Origin: Syncephalis fuscata S228
Taxonomy: Eukaryota > Fungi > Zoopagomycota
Assembly: GCA_025786725.1 (NCBI GenBank)
Contig: JAHLTZ010000012.1
Span: forward strand, 620,001 to 684,000
Direction of reading: 5' to 3'
Length of the DNA: 64,000 nucleotides
Each line of letters opens with the position of its first letter. Position 1 is the first letter of the stretch. The position numbers and the translations under genes were made by a program. This document shows positions 1 through 15,848 of this stretch, in pieces. The notes beneath the pieces were generated by a model, which saw only the letters and a list, made by a program, of their open reading frames with translations, did no database searches and was not told the origin of the DNA.

Positions 1-2746
1 AATAGTACACATGTATTTACCGCATTGGCTATATTATTTAATAGACGTATTTTACAATAATTACCCATTTTTAAGAACAAAATAATTTTTATAAAATTGA
101 ATTTGATCTTTCTATTATAGCTTACTATTTAACTATTAATCTGTTCTATAATATGGCGACTGGCTGGGTAAATTAACTTTATTATTTACACTCCATTTAT
201 TAATAAATTAAACTCGGCTGTTTATAAATATTGACTGACAGGCTCACATCTCACAATCTACGTCACTACACTTTTCTTTCTCTTTCTTTACACTTAATAG
301 CATATATATACCGTATATATCTCTACCTTCATATATGCTACTTAGCTAGTGTCAGTAGTTGACTGACTGCTAGTCAAGTTCCAACACTTTTTACATCACT
401 TTTGCATTGCTTTCTTTAATCTTACCTTTTGCAAATTACTCTATTCACTCAGATCGTTAATATTATCAGCTTTATTGGCATAGTAAGTGCATTTCTGGCT
501 TTTTATGTTATGTTAAGTATATGCTTTGTTTGTGCTATAAGAACCAATGTAGATCGCACTACAATATTGGCGCTGAGGATTTATTCAGTGGCCATACCAA
601 AGGTGCGACCTAGTTCTGTTGCCAGTACAATCTGCAGTAACATTTTATAATAAGTTAAGGCATACAACAGATTTGGCAGCATATAGCCACCACATTCGTC
701 ATGTACAGCTGGTATATGCTTACAGTAGTAATAGCAGCAGTGCGATTTGTCATTGTTGATAATGTTGTATCTACATAGTTATCAGCACGATGGATATGTT
801 GGCTATATGCGCTGTTATCTCGTCACCGATTGCCTTCTTTGTTCTTTCTTTCTATATATTTCATTAATTTACATTTTAAACGTAAGTTATTTCTTTAGAT
901 TCTTAAATAAAGCTTATTACAATTTACTTAAACATACTATCGTTACTTATAACTATTAATCCAATGTATTATCAATTCTGCTAACTAATGGTGAATACAA
1001 ATCGACAAACGCTGTCTAAAAGTTCTTTCTTTATATTGAACATGTAACTGTAATCTATAACTCCAAGCCTCATTTTTGCATTTTATTTTAATAAACTAGT
1101 GTAGATCTAAATGAATAGCCAAAGAAATGGTATATTTAGCTATATGTTTACGCCATATATATATTTAAATAAAATCAACCATCACGTATAAATACTGATG
1201 TTCATATAAACATATGCATACGTGCATATCATTTGTATCGACAATCTTGGATTGTTGAATTCTAGACCACTGATGGTATGCGATGCTAGTCGCACCATGA
1301 TGATTGGTTGTCTGGATTACAATGAAGTTGCAGAGTACCATTGTCTGGTTTAAGAGCGTTGGACAAAGATTTTGCAGCCAGTCTGTCTCAGCTGTTTCAC
1401 CACCTTAGTATGGTAGGTAACTGAGCCATAGCTAGTTCCTATGCTTAGAATTAAACGAGTCGACACGCGTTTGCTTTGTTGTACGCGTCGAGTCACCATC
1501 CCGCGTATACTAGAATAGGAAAGCAAAGTTGAGATATTTTGGCTCACAAATTCACGATAGTATGACGATACGCTGTGTGTAGGCTATGCATATGAATGCA
1601 GCCTAGACGCGTCAATCAAGCATCACTTCATAGAAATGTACACGTAGATAGGCGACGAGAGAGAAAAAACTGTCGTTTGCATTAAATAGATTGGCGTTTT
1701 GATAATAACAATAGCAATATTACAATAATATTATTAAGTAGCAATATTCTATCATGTCTTTAATAATTATCTAATATACTAATAATAAATAATAAATACT
1801 ATTATCGATTGGTAAATACAGTCATCATTGTACTACTCTCAAGATACACAGAATGATAGATTATAGTTGACTTTTTTATCCAGCGATCGTGCATGAAGCA
1901 CTACTATATGTATTGCAACGACTACAGACTAGTCATGTCGGTATATCAGTCTCTTTAATAACAAATGGCAACGAATCGTCATCATGCTGCCAGGTGGCCT
2001 TGTACACAGTCGACGTACTGTAAATCCTATTGGTAGTAGAGAGCCATAGCTATGTATCATGAATTACCGGCAGCTGCATTTTCTAGTCGTTTGCAGCCCA
2101 TTGTTATCGTGCGTTTACTATCAACTAGTTGGTTGGCGATAACCTGCTTGTCCGCAAAAGAAATCGTTTCATTAGTCTCAATTCAAGTTTGAAGCGCTTA
2201 TTACTTGCACTTCCATGCAAAAGTCTTCATCATGTACGTACATGCATACCATTTACTGCGTTTTTTTAACAAACCACACCACGCCGCGCTGATTAAACAC
2301 CGAGACCTCTGTAACTGATCATCCGCGTGCTCTGTCTGGGGCCTTTGTCTAAAAGTGTGCACGAACCAGTCATCTACGTAAATAGCTTTCGGTACCGCTA
2401 TTTGCGAGAACTTACCAACAAATCACGATCTCTTTTTGTGATAATAATATTTACTGATTGGAGCCTACAATAGTATTGCATACGCTAAAGGGCAAACTTG
2501 TATCATTCTATCGCCATTAGTCGTACACAGTGATGCCGATGCTGCTTCTAGATTTATAATTAAACACCATTGCCGATCACTTATCTCTTTCTACCGACCA
2601 ACCGTTGCCATAGATTCTTATACTTTCTTGCTATTATTACTATTATTATTACACTCTACTGGTTGCATTAACTGGCAGGTGTAGTATCTTTTTTACATAT
2701 CTTTTTTGCTACAAAGCAATCGGTGAAACGTCGATAGAACTAAACT

Positions 2747-4329
2747 ATGAGCGACGTTAAATCGTTCAACTATTGTCGGTCAGTAAAGCGAGCTTTGATG
2801 ACGTGTAGCCATCATTTAACTATGTTATCCGTTTATAGTTGGTCGCTGAGCACTGCTAATTGCAACGATACGTCCTACTATGTGACGGTATACGCATTCT
2901 CGACAGTAATAGCCGGTCTTACCATTATTGTTGGCACAAGTCTATTGATGTGCAGACGCTGTGGCTGTTGCTGCTGTTGCTGTATCATTTGGCCGCACAT
3001 CCGCAAACCGGATTTAATTATTCATTCGCCGCTAGACCAGTTCCTCTTCTGGGTTACCGTGATGGCCATAGGCAAGTTGGCCGTAACCTATAGCACTGGC
3101 TATAATTAACGCGTTTTATTAAATAATACCTATAGGACGACTAACTATAAGCATCATGCTTATCATGAATGCTAATCTTTCTTCCATTTACTATGAAATT
3201 CTTTGGCAATTGCCACTAATTTCCGGTATTAATGCCATGTCTATTTACTGCCTTGATGTGTAAGTATACCGTCGATTCAATGTCTAATTTAGCACCTAAT
3301 TATTATTTTACTGATCAGCATTCAATGTACTCCACAAAGGACGTTTCCTAATTGGGCGCCTACTTCCCAAACCATTCGCGTGATACACCGATGTTTATTT
3401 ATCGTTTTTTATATTGTTATCATGGCACTTGCCATTATTTTTGGCTATTTTCTTGAACATGGCCCCGATACAATGGCCATTATATTCTATTGTACTCTTT
3501 ATTACATTTACGCCATTATTGGCCTCACTTTAATAGCAGCCTATCTAGTTTTTGGCAATCATCTTGTTGCGCTGGCCGCGCGTCAATTAGAGCTTTACGA
3601 AGCTAACAAAAGCTGTGACGATTTGGTTCAAGAAAAAACAATTTTACTGAAGCAATCAATTATACGTGTAAGTAATGAAAATATTGACTGACAGTATATT
3701 AATATATTAATTACCATATTAACTAACTTGTGTATTATATATATATATTAATAGATGCGTATACAAAATGTCGGTGGCATTGCTACCATTGCCATTTGTA
3801 CCACTTGTATATTTATTTGCGCAATAGGTCCTGAACTAATGTCCGAGAATGCTATTTTAAACAAAATCTTTTGCATTATATACAACATTATTCATCCTGC
3901 CTTCTTTTTAACAATCACAGTAAGCCGATAGATTATTATGTAAATTCTGTACTAATTAAATTTTAATATAATCCAATAGCTTGTAACAGCAAAATTGTAA
4001 GCTACAAACAAAAACATTTTATTAACTAATTACTTATACAACATCGATCTTTATCCAGTGAATCCGTGGCAACCATAGAAAATATACGGACATCACAAAA
4101 ACAAACTACAACAAATCGTCACTCGGCTCATACGATCAACGAAGATATCTATTACAAAGAGTTTATCATTTCCATGCCATCCGAACCTATTGCTTTCGAG
4201 ATGGATCCAGCAGATTTATTCACTACGTATGAGCAGCGTCATACTATGGCATCCAGCAGTCATCCTACCAGCGATGTACCTTCACTCAACCACCATGCCC
4301 ATATTACTTTTGAGTCTCCTCGAGCTTAA
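2747..4329 (+). CDS. Multi-exon multi-pass membrane protein (about 7 TM, GPCR-like topology), function unknown
   Basis: Hydrophobic ORF segments (2747-3071, 3380-3666, 3754-3919) are separated by short introns (gcaagt 3072, gtaagt ~3260 and ~3667). A hydrophilic C-terminal exon ends at TAA 4329. Contains the run CRRCGCCCCCC. Exact exon structure not resolved. Confidence 0.6.
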
Positions 4330-4541
4330 TAAACGATAGCGTTGATTTTTTTCTGTTTATTTATAAAATAAATTGGTGATTAAAATAGTCATTGAAATGT
4401 TTAAGTGCATTATTTATTTGATTTTCTTTTTTTTTACCACTTTAGCTCATTCTTCATCGCGCTAGCCTTTTTCTTACTGTTAAACAACAACGACAACGAC
4501 AACACCATAACACCGAACCGTACGAGACTACCACTATCAAT

Positions 4542-6095
<1,554 letters not shown>

Positions 6096-6747
6096 CTATC
6101 CTATTGATGCTTATTATTGTATGAGTTGCTGTAGCTATAGTGGCCACTGCTACTGTTACTACTATTATTGCATTGCACTATTGCGATTAAATATAAACAT
6201 TTCTACCCTTTTTCTCAGTGTCATCGTCATCATATAAATGGTATTTGGCCTCTATTACTATTTCGGCCCTATTTTCGTATTTGTTTGATCAGAAAAAAGG
6301 CCAAATGAGTGGAGAGTAGGAGTGAATGAATGACAAATAACTACACCATGTGCCCACATCAGGTGGTCATTTCCCCCACGCTTGTTAATATTCTCTCTCT
6401 CTCTATACTACACAATACGTCTACAGACACCCTAGTTTCTATTACCACTCTACTATTACAGTATTGTTACTGTTAATATTACTGATACTCCTGCAGTCTG
6501 TCGTTTATTAATTAAACGTGTCTAATTCCATCTTGCTTTCTTTTTGTATTGACGTCAAAAAACTATTGTCTGTATTCACTGTGTATTAAGCGATTCATTT
6601 ATCCATTTCTATTACCGCACCTATTACTTTATTATTATTATTATATTATTATTATATTAGTTTATTATTAGTTTATTATTATTATTATATAAGTGGAGTA
6701 GTCTTAGTTAAAGATTGCCCTGCACAACCATCTAAGGCATTCTTAGT

Positions 6748-9700
6748 ATGGAAACTATTAAGGAAGAAGAGGTAAGTTATGGTTTATATCAATGGTGGGG
6801 GACCTGCACCTATCTTTAAATACCTTATCAATAATATAAAAAGTTACTAAATACTAATAACATATGTCTAGGCGGCTAACGACGTTTCCAATAGTACAAA
6901 TATCAATTGTTCAACTTGTGGCAATATTATTGGTGATAGCACTACCAATAGTTCAAGTAGTTGTAGTAGTTGTCGACATGGCACAAATGCATCCTATGCC
7001 AGTACTTCATACTTTACTGAAGGTATAAGTATTGCCGAGAAAGATGTACCAACACTGGCCTCCTACCGTTCATTATTTCGATATGCCAATTCATGGGACT
7101 ATATTATGATGGTGACTGGGCTTATTCTGTCCATTGGATCAGGTAAGTAATGGACTGTTTTAATCATTAGTGTTAATAGGATGTTGTTATGGCTATTAAG
7201 GACTTGTTTTTCCTTTAACTACGGTGATGTTTTGTACGTAACTATAATAGATCGATGACAGTTATTCTAATACCCTGCTATCTACTAGATAATATATTTG
7301 TTGTTATGGAACAGTATGTACGACGAGATATTCCGTTTAATGTTGCGCCCACGCTTTACGACGCTGGATTCAATTATGTAATATACATTGGGGTTATTTC
7401 AATTGTGGCACTGATTATAGGATTTGGTGTATCGGCATGTTGGGAAGTGGTGGCGGAAAGACAGGCCAAGGTAAGTTGAATAGAATGGATGATATACCAA
7501 GTATTAATACAATGTATATGGATCTATGATAGAATATGCGTGTTCAATATTATACAGCGTTACTTCGTTTATCTGTGCCAGAACATGATCGACTTGATGA
7601 AAAGGAATTGATGTCACGTCTATCTACTGATGTATTAAAGGCCCGTGAAGGCATGGGTGCCAATGTGTTACCGCGTATTGTTCAATCTGTAACCACATTT
7701 GTAACTGGTCTTATTATTGCATTTATACGAGGTAGATACTATAATTGACCTATTAACAATAATACGGTATTGATAGATTATTTAATTAGAGTGGCGTTTA
7801 GCGGCTATTATGCTTAGTATTGCCCCGGTATTACGTAAGTTATTATAACACTATATAAATGTTATACTTATGGTCTATAGTTATTGTGGTGGTGGTTATG
7901 GTTATTGTGGTGAATCGATACGCTCAACAAGGTACATAGTTATAATGGCTGTAATATCTATTAGATGGCCCATTGATGCTTATACTTTATAAATAGTGGC
8001 GGTGGCTTATATGCCGGCTGATACGATAGCGACAAAGGTTCTACGAGCAATTAGAACCATTGTATCATTTGGAACTATTGAGAAGGAGGTTGCTCGATAT
8101 GCGTAAGCTACTAGAAATAATAGCTAGATGTATTCTAATGGTGTTGTTATAGTCAACCATTGCAGCGAGTAGAGACACTTGCTTATCGCCGTGTAACAAC
8201 ACGAGCTATAGCATCTGCTGTAGTCTATTTTCTACTATGTAAGTGAATAATAATAATAGTACAATAATATAATGATATACTATTGTTGATTTATGGTTAT
8301 TTCTAGATGGTTCATATGCTGCTGCCTTTTGGTATGCGGGCACACTTGTACTACGTAATGAACTTACCACCGGTGGATTGGTTAATGTTTTTTTTGCTGT
8401 TGTACTTGGTAAGTTGATCTTTTACCCTAACCAATAAAGTAATAGTAATTAATAATATTAATAATTATTGTATATAATAGCATCTTGGCTGTTGGTGATA
8501 TTCCACCGGCTATTCAAAGGATGGGTGAGGCCCGTCGAGCAGGTATTCGTATATTTGATGTTATTGAACACGCTCAACGCATGTCCACTGAAGGTGGCTG
8601 TATCATCACTTCAGTACACGGTCGAATTGATTTCCGTTCAGTTGACTTTCGGTAATGAATAGGAATGGAATAATGAGTACAATAGGACTAAGTGATTGTA
8701 TTTATTAGATATCCAATAGCACCGAATCGACCTATTATTAAAAACTTTTCTTTAACTATTCTACCTGGTGAAACCATTGCTATTGTTGGCACAGAAGGGA
8801 GTGGTAAAAGTACACTGGCCCAATTATTACTTCGATTCTATGTGGCACAGTGTAAGTAATTATATTAATGATAGCATCTATATTTATATATTGTATATTG
8901 TATATTGTATATTGTATATAGTTGGTACTATTTTAATTGATGGTGCCGATATTAGCAAGGCTAATGCCCGCTCACTTCGTCAGGTAAATAGAATAATAGA
9001 CTATTTGTTATTATGATTACCAATGTTATTAATATTGTTATTAATATTGTTATTATAAAGCATATTGGCTATGTCACGTAAGTAACACATAGTTAATTAG
9101 TAAATAACCAATGACTATTAACTAATAACTAATAACTATTATATAAATGTAAAAATGTTATTTATTAGTCAACATCCAGTTATCTTTACTATGTCAGTGA
9201 TGGAAAATGTTCGTATGGGTGGTCGTAATCCAAATGTACCTCCAAGTAAAGAAGAAGTTGAAGCAGCCTGTAGAAAGGCCTATGCCCATGAATTCATATC
9301 ACAACTAGAAGATGGTTATGATACAATTATTGGAGATGGAGGTATTGAGCTTACCATTGGACAACAACAAGTAAGTCAATATATACAATATACAATATAC
9401 AATATACTAAATAACTTACTTGTATTAATAGAGAATTGCCATTGCTCGAGCCATTATACGAGAACCATCTATTCTAATTATGGATGAACCTACAAGGTTA
9501 GTTAATAATAACCATGGTATTTATATATAATTATATACATACATACATATATATATACTTATATGTATTTATATACTTTATGTAATTAGTTCATTGGCCA
9601 TTGGAGATGAAGAAAAGATTATACAGCAAGCATTAGAAGAGGCATCAGTTAAACGAACAACACTTATTGTAACTCATTGGCCATCTGCTGCTCAACATGC

Positions 9701-12665
9701 TCATCGTATTGGTAAGTAGTTAATTGAATGGTTAAACAACACTCGCTAATACTTATCTAGTTGTACTTAATGACGGTGAAATTATTGAATCAGGCACTCA
9801 TAATCAATTATTGGCCACTCGAGGTGCATATATGAAGTTACTAGTGGCCGAGAATGCTGAACGTGAAGCGGCCAAGAATGAAACACCAGATAATGACCAC
9901 TCTGATAATGAAGAGGATGAGGATAACAACAATGACGCCAATAATGAGGAAGAGGATGATTATGGTGGTGAATATATAGATCCATTTGCCGATAAACAGC
10001 CTAAACGGTCAACTAATCCTGAAACTAAAGTACCAGTCAAAGATTTAAAGAAGAAAAAGGACCCAAAGTCAAAAGATCAACCACCAGTACAAAGTATTCA
10101 AGATCCAGATCCACCCAAACATAAACTATTTATTATTCGTAATGGGGCTAAAGCAGGTCGTATTCAAAAAGATATCGATGGGGGAAAGTCACATGAATCT
10201 GATCATTTAGAGGAGACCGAGACTAAAGTGCCACTTATTCGACTATTGAAAGAAGCGGCACCTGAGAAATGGTTTGTACTGGGCGGCAGTCTAGCTTCTA
10301 TGATCAATGGATTGGTGTTACCATTCTTTGCCTGGATACTTGCCGAGTTACTAACGAGTCTAATGGGAGTTAAAAAGTAAGTTACCAAGTATACGCGATT
10401 TATATAGACTAATCGTTTTGTGTAGACCGGATACTTTGCGGCAACAATCTAACTTTTGGGCCTTAATGGTATTGACACTGGCCAATGTTTCATGTCTATG
10501 TCGATATGCTCAAGGTGCACTATTTGGACGGGCGGGTGAACGATTGGTGGGACGGTTACGCGTTAAAGCACTGCACAATATACTTCATCAAAGAATGGCC
10601 TTTTTCGATAAGCCTGAAAATAGTACCAGTAAGTCTATATTTATACGTATTATTATTATTATTATTGTACATAGTGTCGATTCATAGCTAATATGTTGAT
10701 GTAGCGGCACTTACTCAAACATTGGCGCTTGATCCAGTTAAAGTACCGCCCATTATTACAGAATTATGGGGAGAAGCATTACTTCATTTGGTGACTGTAG
10801 TAACTGGTGTATCAATTGCCTTTGCCAAAGGGTAAGCTGATAGATTATTGTGTCGATCTATATTTATACATAATATTGTGATTATTAATATATATGTCTA
10901 TATATATAGATGGAATTTTGCATTTTTAATTATTGCTTGTTTTCCGGCTGTATCAGGGGCCAGTGATTTACATGTTAATGCTATTCTAAGGTAATAAGCA
11001 TAACATTATAGTGTGTATTGACATTAATACTAATACTATTTATTTATTTATTAGACTTGGTAAACGATCGGCCAAAGCATTTGAACGAGCAGTCCGTATT
11101 GTTAAGCAAAGTGTACCGAATTTCCGTATGGTGATTGCCTTGGGTCGTGATCAAACATTTGAGGCTTACTTTGAAGGTGCATCTGTAGTTTATTGTGAAC
11201 ATGAATATGAATATTAACTTGTTTTGTATATTATAGCGGCCAGTATTGCTCCATATAAAGTGGCCATCCATGCTGCTCTTATTTCATCGGGTGGCTATGG
11301 ACTTTCACAAGGTAAATGGTTTAATCTATTATGGTTGGCCATGAATAGAATATACTAATGTTTATATAATAGGATTGCTTATTATGATCTATGCTGTCTC
11401 ATTTGGTTATGGCATGTCGGTGGTGGCCAGTGATGGTTATGCTCTACGCAACATGCTTATTATACTGTTTACCATTATGTTCACTATTACTAGTGGTAGT
11501 ACATTAATGAAGCTATGGGGTCAGTATGATGAGGCAACAACGGCAGCATTAAGGTAATTGTATAATAATCATATATATATTAGTACTAAACTAGTATTTA
11601 ATATAGCGTATTCCGTGTTATGGATGCACCAACACCGGATTCACGAGACTTACCAGATTCACCGGATAAAGCGACTCCATCACCGCCATCAGAAGATAAT
11701 AAGCCAAAATACGATAAAGGACAGATTACCTTCCGTAATGTGCAGTTTGCCTTTCCTATTCAGCCAAAAACCCAGGTATTTCGTCGATTGAATCTTCGTA
11801 TTCAACCAGGAAGATTAGTGGCCATTGTGGGTGCTACGCAAGCGGGTAAAAGTGCCCTAATTGGCATGATTCCTCGTTTCTACGATGCTAACAAAGGCCG
11901 AGTCGAAATTGATGGACAAGATGTGGGTGCATGGTCTATCGATACATTACGAGCGGGTATGTCGCTCGTTGAATGGGATGCGGCACTATTTGGCACAACC
12001 ATCAGTGAATGTCTCGAGTATGGAGCGGTGAAGGCAACAAGAAATGATGCTATTACCGCAGCACGTGTGGTAGGCTTGATAGTTGGTGTAGTAGCTTGCC
12101 CCAAGGCTACGATACACCCATTAAAGATATAAGTAGTGGGGAACTGAATGCCCAACGACGTCAATTAATTGCGCTTGGTCGAGCACTAATACGTCGTCCT
12201 AAAGTGCTACTACTTGATGATCCAACCGTCATCTTGACCCAGAAAGTGAGATTAAATTCCTAGAAGCATTAAAGAAATCAACTCGAGGTAAGGATATCAT
12301 TATATATATATAGTAATAGTACTCTTATTATTACTATTATTATTAGTTAAAGGATTTGAAAAGCGTACTTCACTTATTGCATCAAGTCGTATCTCTGTAG
12401 CCCAACATGCATCCACCATTGGTAAGTAGAAATGATATCCATTTATTATTATAACATTAATATTGATATATATATATATGTGAATGAACTTATAGTGGTA
12501 CTTCATCATGGACGAGTAGTGGAACGAGGATCACATTTTGATTTATTAGCCCGACGTGGTTACTATTACGCACTTGCTTGTAAACAAAGTGTACAACGCC
12601 GTGTAGAACCATGGGATTATATGTGGTCTATTGGCAAGAAATACGTACAGACACGTAGTATGTAA
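6748..12665 (+). CDS. Full-length ABCB (MDR/P-glycoprotein-like) transporter, more than 20 introns, degenerate NBD motifs
   Basis: TMD1 (LFRYA, VAERQAK..RVQYY), NBD1 ([17 protein letters not shown]), acidic linker, TMD2 ([22 protein letters not shown]), NBD2 ([30 protein letters not shown]). Confidence 0.92.
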
Positions 12666-12897
12666 TCATTTACACTACTTTTTACTATTTATACATTAAT
12701 CTATTTGATCATTTAATCATTCGTTGATCTATTATTTTATGGCATCATGTATCACATTGATTTCTTATTAACTACACCTGACCATTCTATACTATTCAAA
12801 TAAATACATACTATTTCATGCTATTATGATTGCTATAGTTATATATGATTATGATTATGATTATGATTAAAGCGTTTATTAGATGGTATCAACATCA

Positions 12898-13416
12898 TTA
12901 ATGCGATAGATATTTACGGCCTTTTAATCGACGACGAGCAAGGATTTTACGTCCATTTTTCGTTCGAAGGCGTGCTAGAAATCCATGACGGCGTTTACGC
13001 TTTATATTCGATGGTTGGTACTCGTTACCGTAAGTGACCCAACGAACTGATTGTAATTGCTGGAATATACTAGACGCGACGGCAGGTCCACCGGTAAGTC
13101 CGAATGGACGTGGCATTATTGGTCTACCGTTATTATTATACAAATAGTGTTAACATCAATACTGACACATTGTTAATAGCTATACTTACAGTGTGCTGCA
13201 TAGCAATGGAGTTGGACGGGTTATGGATGCGGTGAACGGAAGTAGCGAGGGACGTAGTCTAAAAAGTAATCTATATTAGAGATGACTTGTCTGCCGTATT
13301 CACCGGTATTCTCCTTACCCGGACGAGAAAGAACGGACTGGCGTGGACGCTAGCGTGAAAGGCGTCGTTCTTGTTGATACGGCACGCTGTATCGCAACAG
13401 CCCTATGAAATAACAT
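12898..13416 (-). CDS. MRPL34: Mitochondrial ribosomal protein bL34m
   Basis: C-terminus [45 protein letters not shown]. Upstream exons (donors near 13318 and 13189) give a basic presequence starting [12 protein letters not shown] at 13416. Confidence 0.93.
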
Positions 13417-13519
13417 GTTGTAGAATCTTTACGATTGAACAAATAAAATAGAAAAGAGATTCGTTATTTTTTCTTTTTATTCTATCTCGATTCCATTTCA
13501 ACTTTTACCAATACAATCA

Positions 13520-14033
13520 ATGGACATTAGCGAGTTAGTTGACAAAAAGACCGCTTCTAGTGTTCGTGATGTTAATGCACCAGACGACGCGGCGTTTGGT
13601 GGTCGTTTATTAACGGATGAAGAACGAGTATTTGAATTCAATGCTTGGTAAGCTATTTAGTGTAGCGTTGTTAATGGTTGGCTAGTATGTATTAAACGGT
13701 CTTCTTGACACTATTAGGGACCATGTCGAGTGGACCGAGGAGCATAAACAGCATGCTGATATGGTTATTGAGAAGCAGTCGGCTATAGTTATGTCAAATG
13801 AAGAGAAGGGTAAGTATTTTGGTTAGGTTATTTATATTGATTATTTAATCTATTGATTATGGATCAATAATTAGAGCGTCTTGAGCATGAAGCGCCTCAA
13901 CAATGGGATGCGTTTTATAGAGTCAATCAGAATCGGTTTTTTAAAGATCGACGATGGTTACGCATTGAATTTCCTGAACTATTTGAAGTTACGGTTAGTA
14001 ATATAGCATATGCATAAATAAATATTATATCTT

Positions 14034-14081
<48 letters not shown>

Positions 14082-14916
14082 TAGAATGAGCCACGCACGG
14101 TGCTTGAGATTGGCTGTGGTGCAGGTAATACACTTTTTCCATTACTGGCCGCCAATCCCGATCCAAATCTACGTGTGCTAGGCTGTGACTTTTCGGCCGA
14201 AGCAGTCCGTGTTGTAAAGGTAATTAGCACTCTACAAATCATTTATAATAGCTAATAGAGTATAATATTAATAAATACAAAATTGACTAGGCAAATCCAT
14301 TACTGGATCCTCAACGCTCAGATGCTTTTGTATGGGATCTATCATCGGATACATTGCCGGAAAGCGTGTCAAAGGAGTCGATTGATGTTATTGTATTGAT
14401 ATTTGTACTTTCTGCTCTTTCACCACAACAATGGCCACAAGCTATCCAAAACCTAGTATCTGTAAGTAGCATTGTATTTGTGAGCTACGAGGTATTAATA
14501 GTTATTAATTAGATGCTTAAACCGGGTGGGGTTATTCTATTTCGAGGTAAGATGATAAGCCGGTTACTAGAGTGATCATTTATTAAGGCATATTTAGATT
14601 ATGGACGACATGATATGGCCCAGTTACGCTTTAAACCAGGTCGTAAAATCGACAATAACTTTTACGTTCGTGGTGATGGTACTCGTGTTTATTTCTTTAC
14701 ACCGGGTAAGTAATTTGAAATGCATTGCACTTTTCTAATCACTATGCTTTATTATAATTATTAGAGGAAATAGATGAAATGTTTGGCACAGTATTTGCCA
14801 TTGAACAAAATGCCGTTGACCGTCGTCTTATTGTTAATCGTGTACGTAAACTGAAGATGTATCGCTGCTGGCTACAGGGCAAATTCCGTAAATCTTTATC
14901 ATCTGCAGAAACATAA
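13520..14916 (+). CDS. TRM140: tRNA m3C methyltransferase, Trm140/METTL2 family (spliced)
   Basis: [89 protein letters not shown]. Confidence 0.9.
14035..14082. repeat. Intronic (AT)n/(ATGT)n microsatellite
   Basis: atatatat..atgtatgtatgtatgt directly visible. Confidence 0.8.
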
Positions 14917-15848
14917 ACGCCAGCGACATTATAAATAAACAATTATAGTAGTTATATATATATATATATATTATTGGCATATTACAATTAAGTGCATTGG
15001 ATATAGCTATGCTTAACTATTTATTTTAACAATAATGTCACTGGCTTATTTAGTTAATGAATCATCTTATTCTATGTTAATTTTATTAAAAGTATAATAT
15101 GGTTTTGGTGATTAAATGACTAGTATTTAATAACATCCAATTTATTAAACATAATAATGGGCAGTGAATAACATCAACCATTAAATACTCATCATTGTAG
15201 ATTCATTATCCATTGCGCATATATCCGCCATTTATTTACATTATTCCCATTCTGTTCCACATTAATATATATCATTCTATGCCATATTAGACAGTTTTAT
15301 TGTTTATATGTTCCAATACACGCACCTCATTCTTTTTATTGCGTTATATGCACTATAACGTCAATACCGTTATTCTTACCTTTCATTATTTATATTCATC
15401 CTATTATATTATATTTATACTTATTTGAAATTGCTTTATTTAAAACATTGTCCATTATTCTAACTCTATTTGTTCAGTATTTGTGTAATAATAATAATAG
15501 TGTAAAAATGTTACGTCTACAGCTATGACAGACACATTAATGTTTACGAATGAGAGAATTTGAGTTTGAATTTGTAAAACTATCAAATAAAATACGACTA
15601 TGTTTTGCTATCAACTGTGAACCAGTCACAATCTCTATTAGCCTTGTCTTTCTCTTTGACTCATCTTTACTAATAGCGACCTTTGTCTTTGTTCTAACCA
15701 ACCAACCATCTTTATTTCTACCATAATTCTCGTATATTTCAGTTATTTTGCATAAGCATTCGAATAAGCGTTAAACAACATTAACCGAATGATTTGTACG
15801 GTCATTTAACCTGATTGAACCTACATTGTAGCGAATACAATAAACAAC

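Noticed and set aside
330-960. Hydrophobic ORF fragments with a possible intron at 483
   Set aside because: Stops interrupt every model I tried. It may be a gene relic but cannot be supported.
1457-1613. Cluster of ACGCGT (MCB-like) motifs with an imperfect inverted repeat
   Set aside because: No adjacent cell-cycle gene is identifiable and short motifs alone are insufficient.
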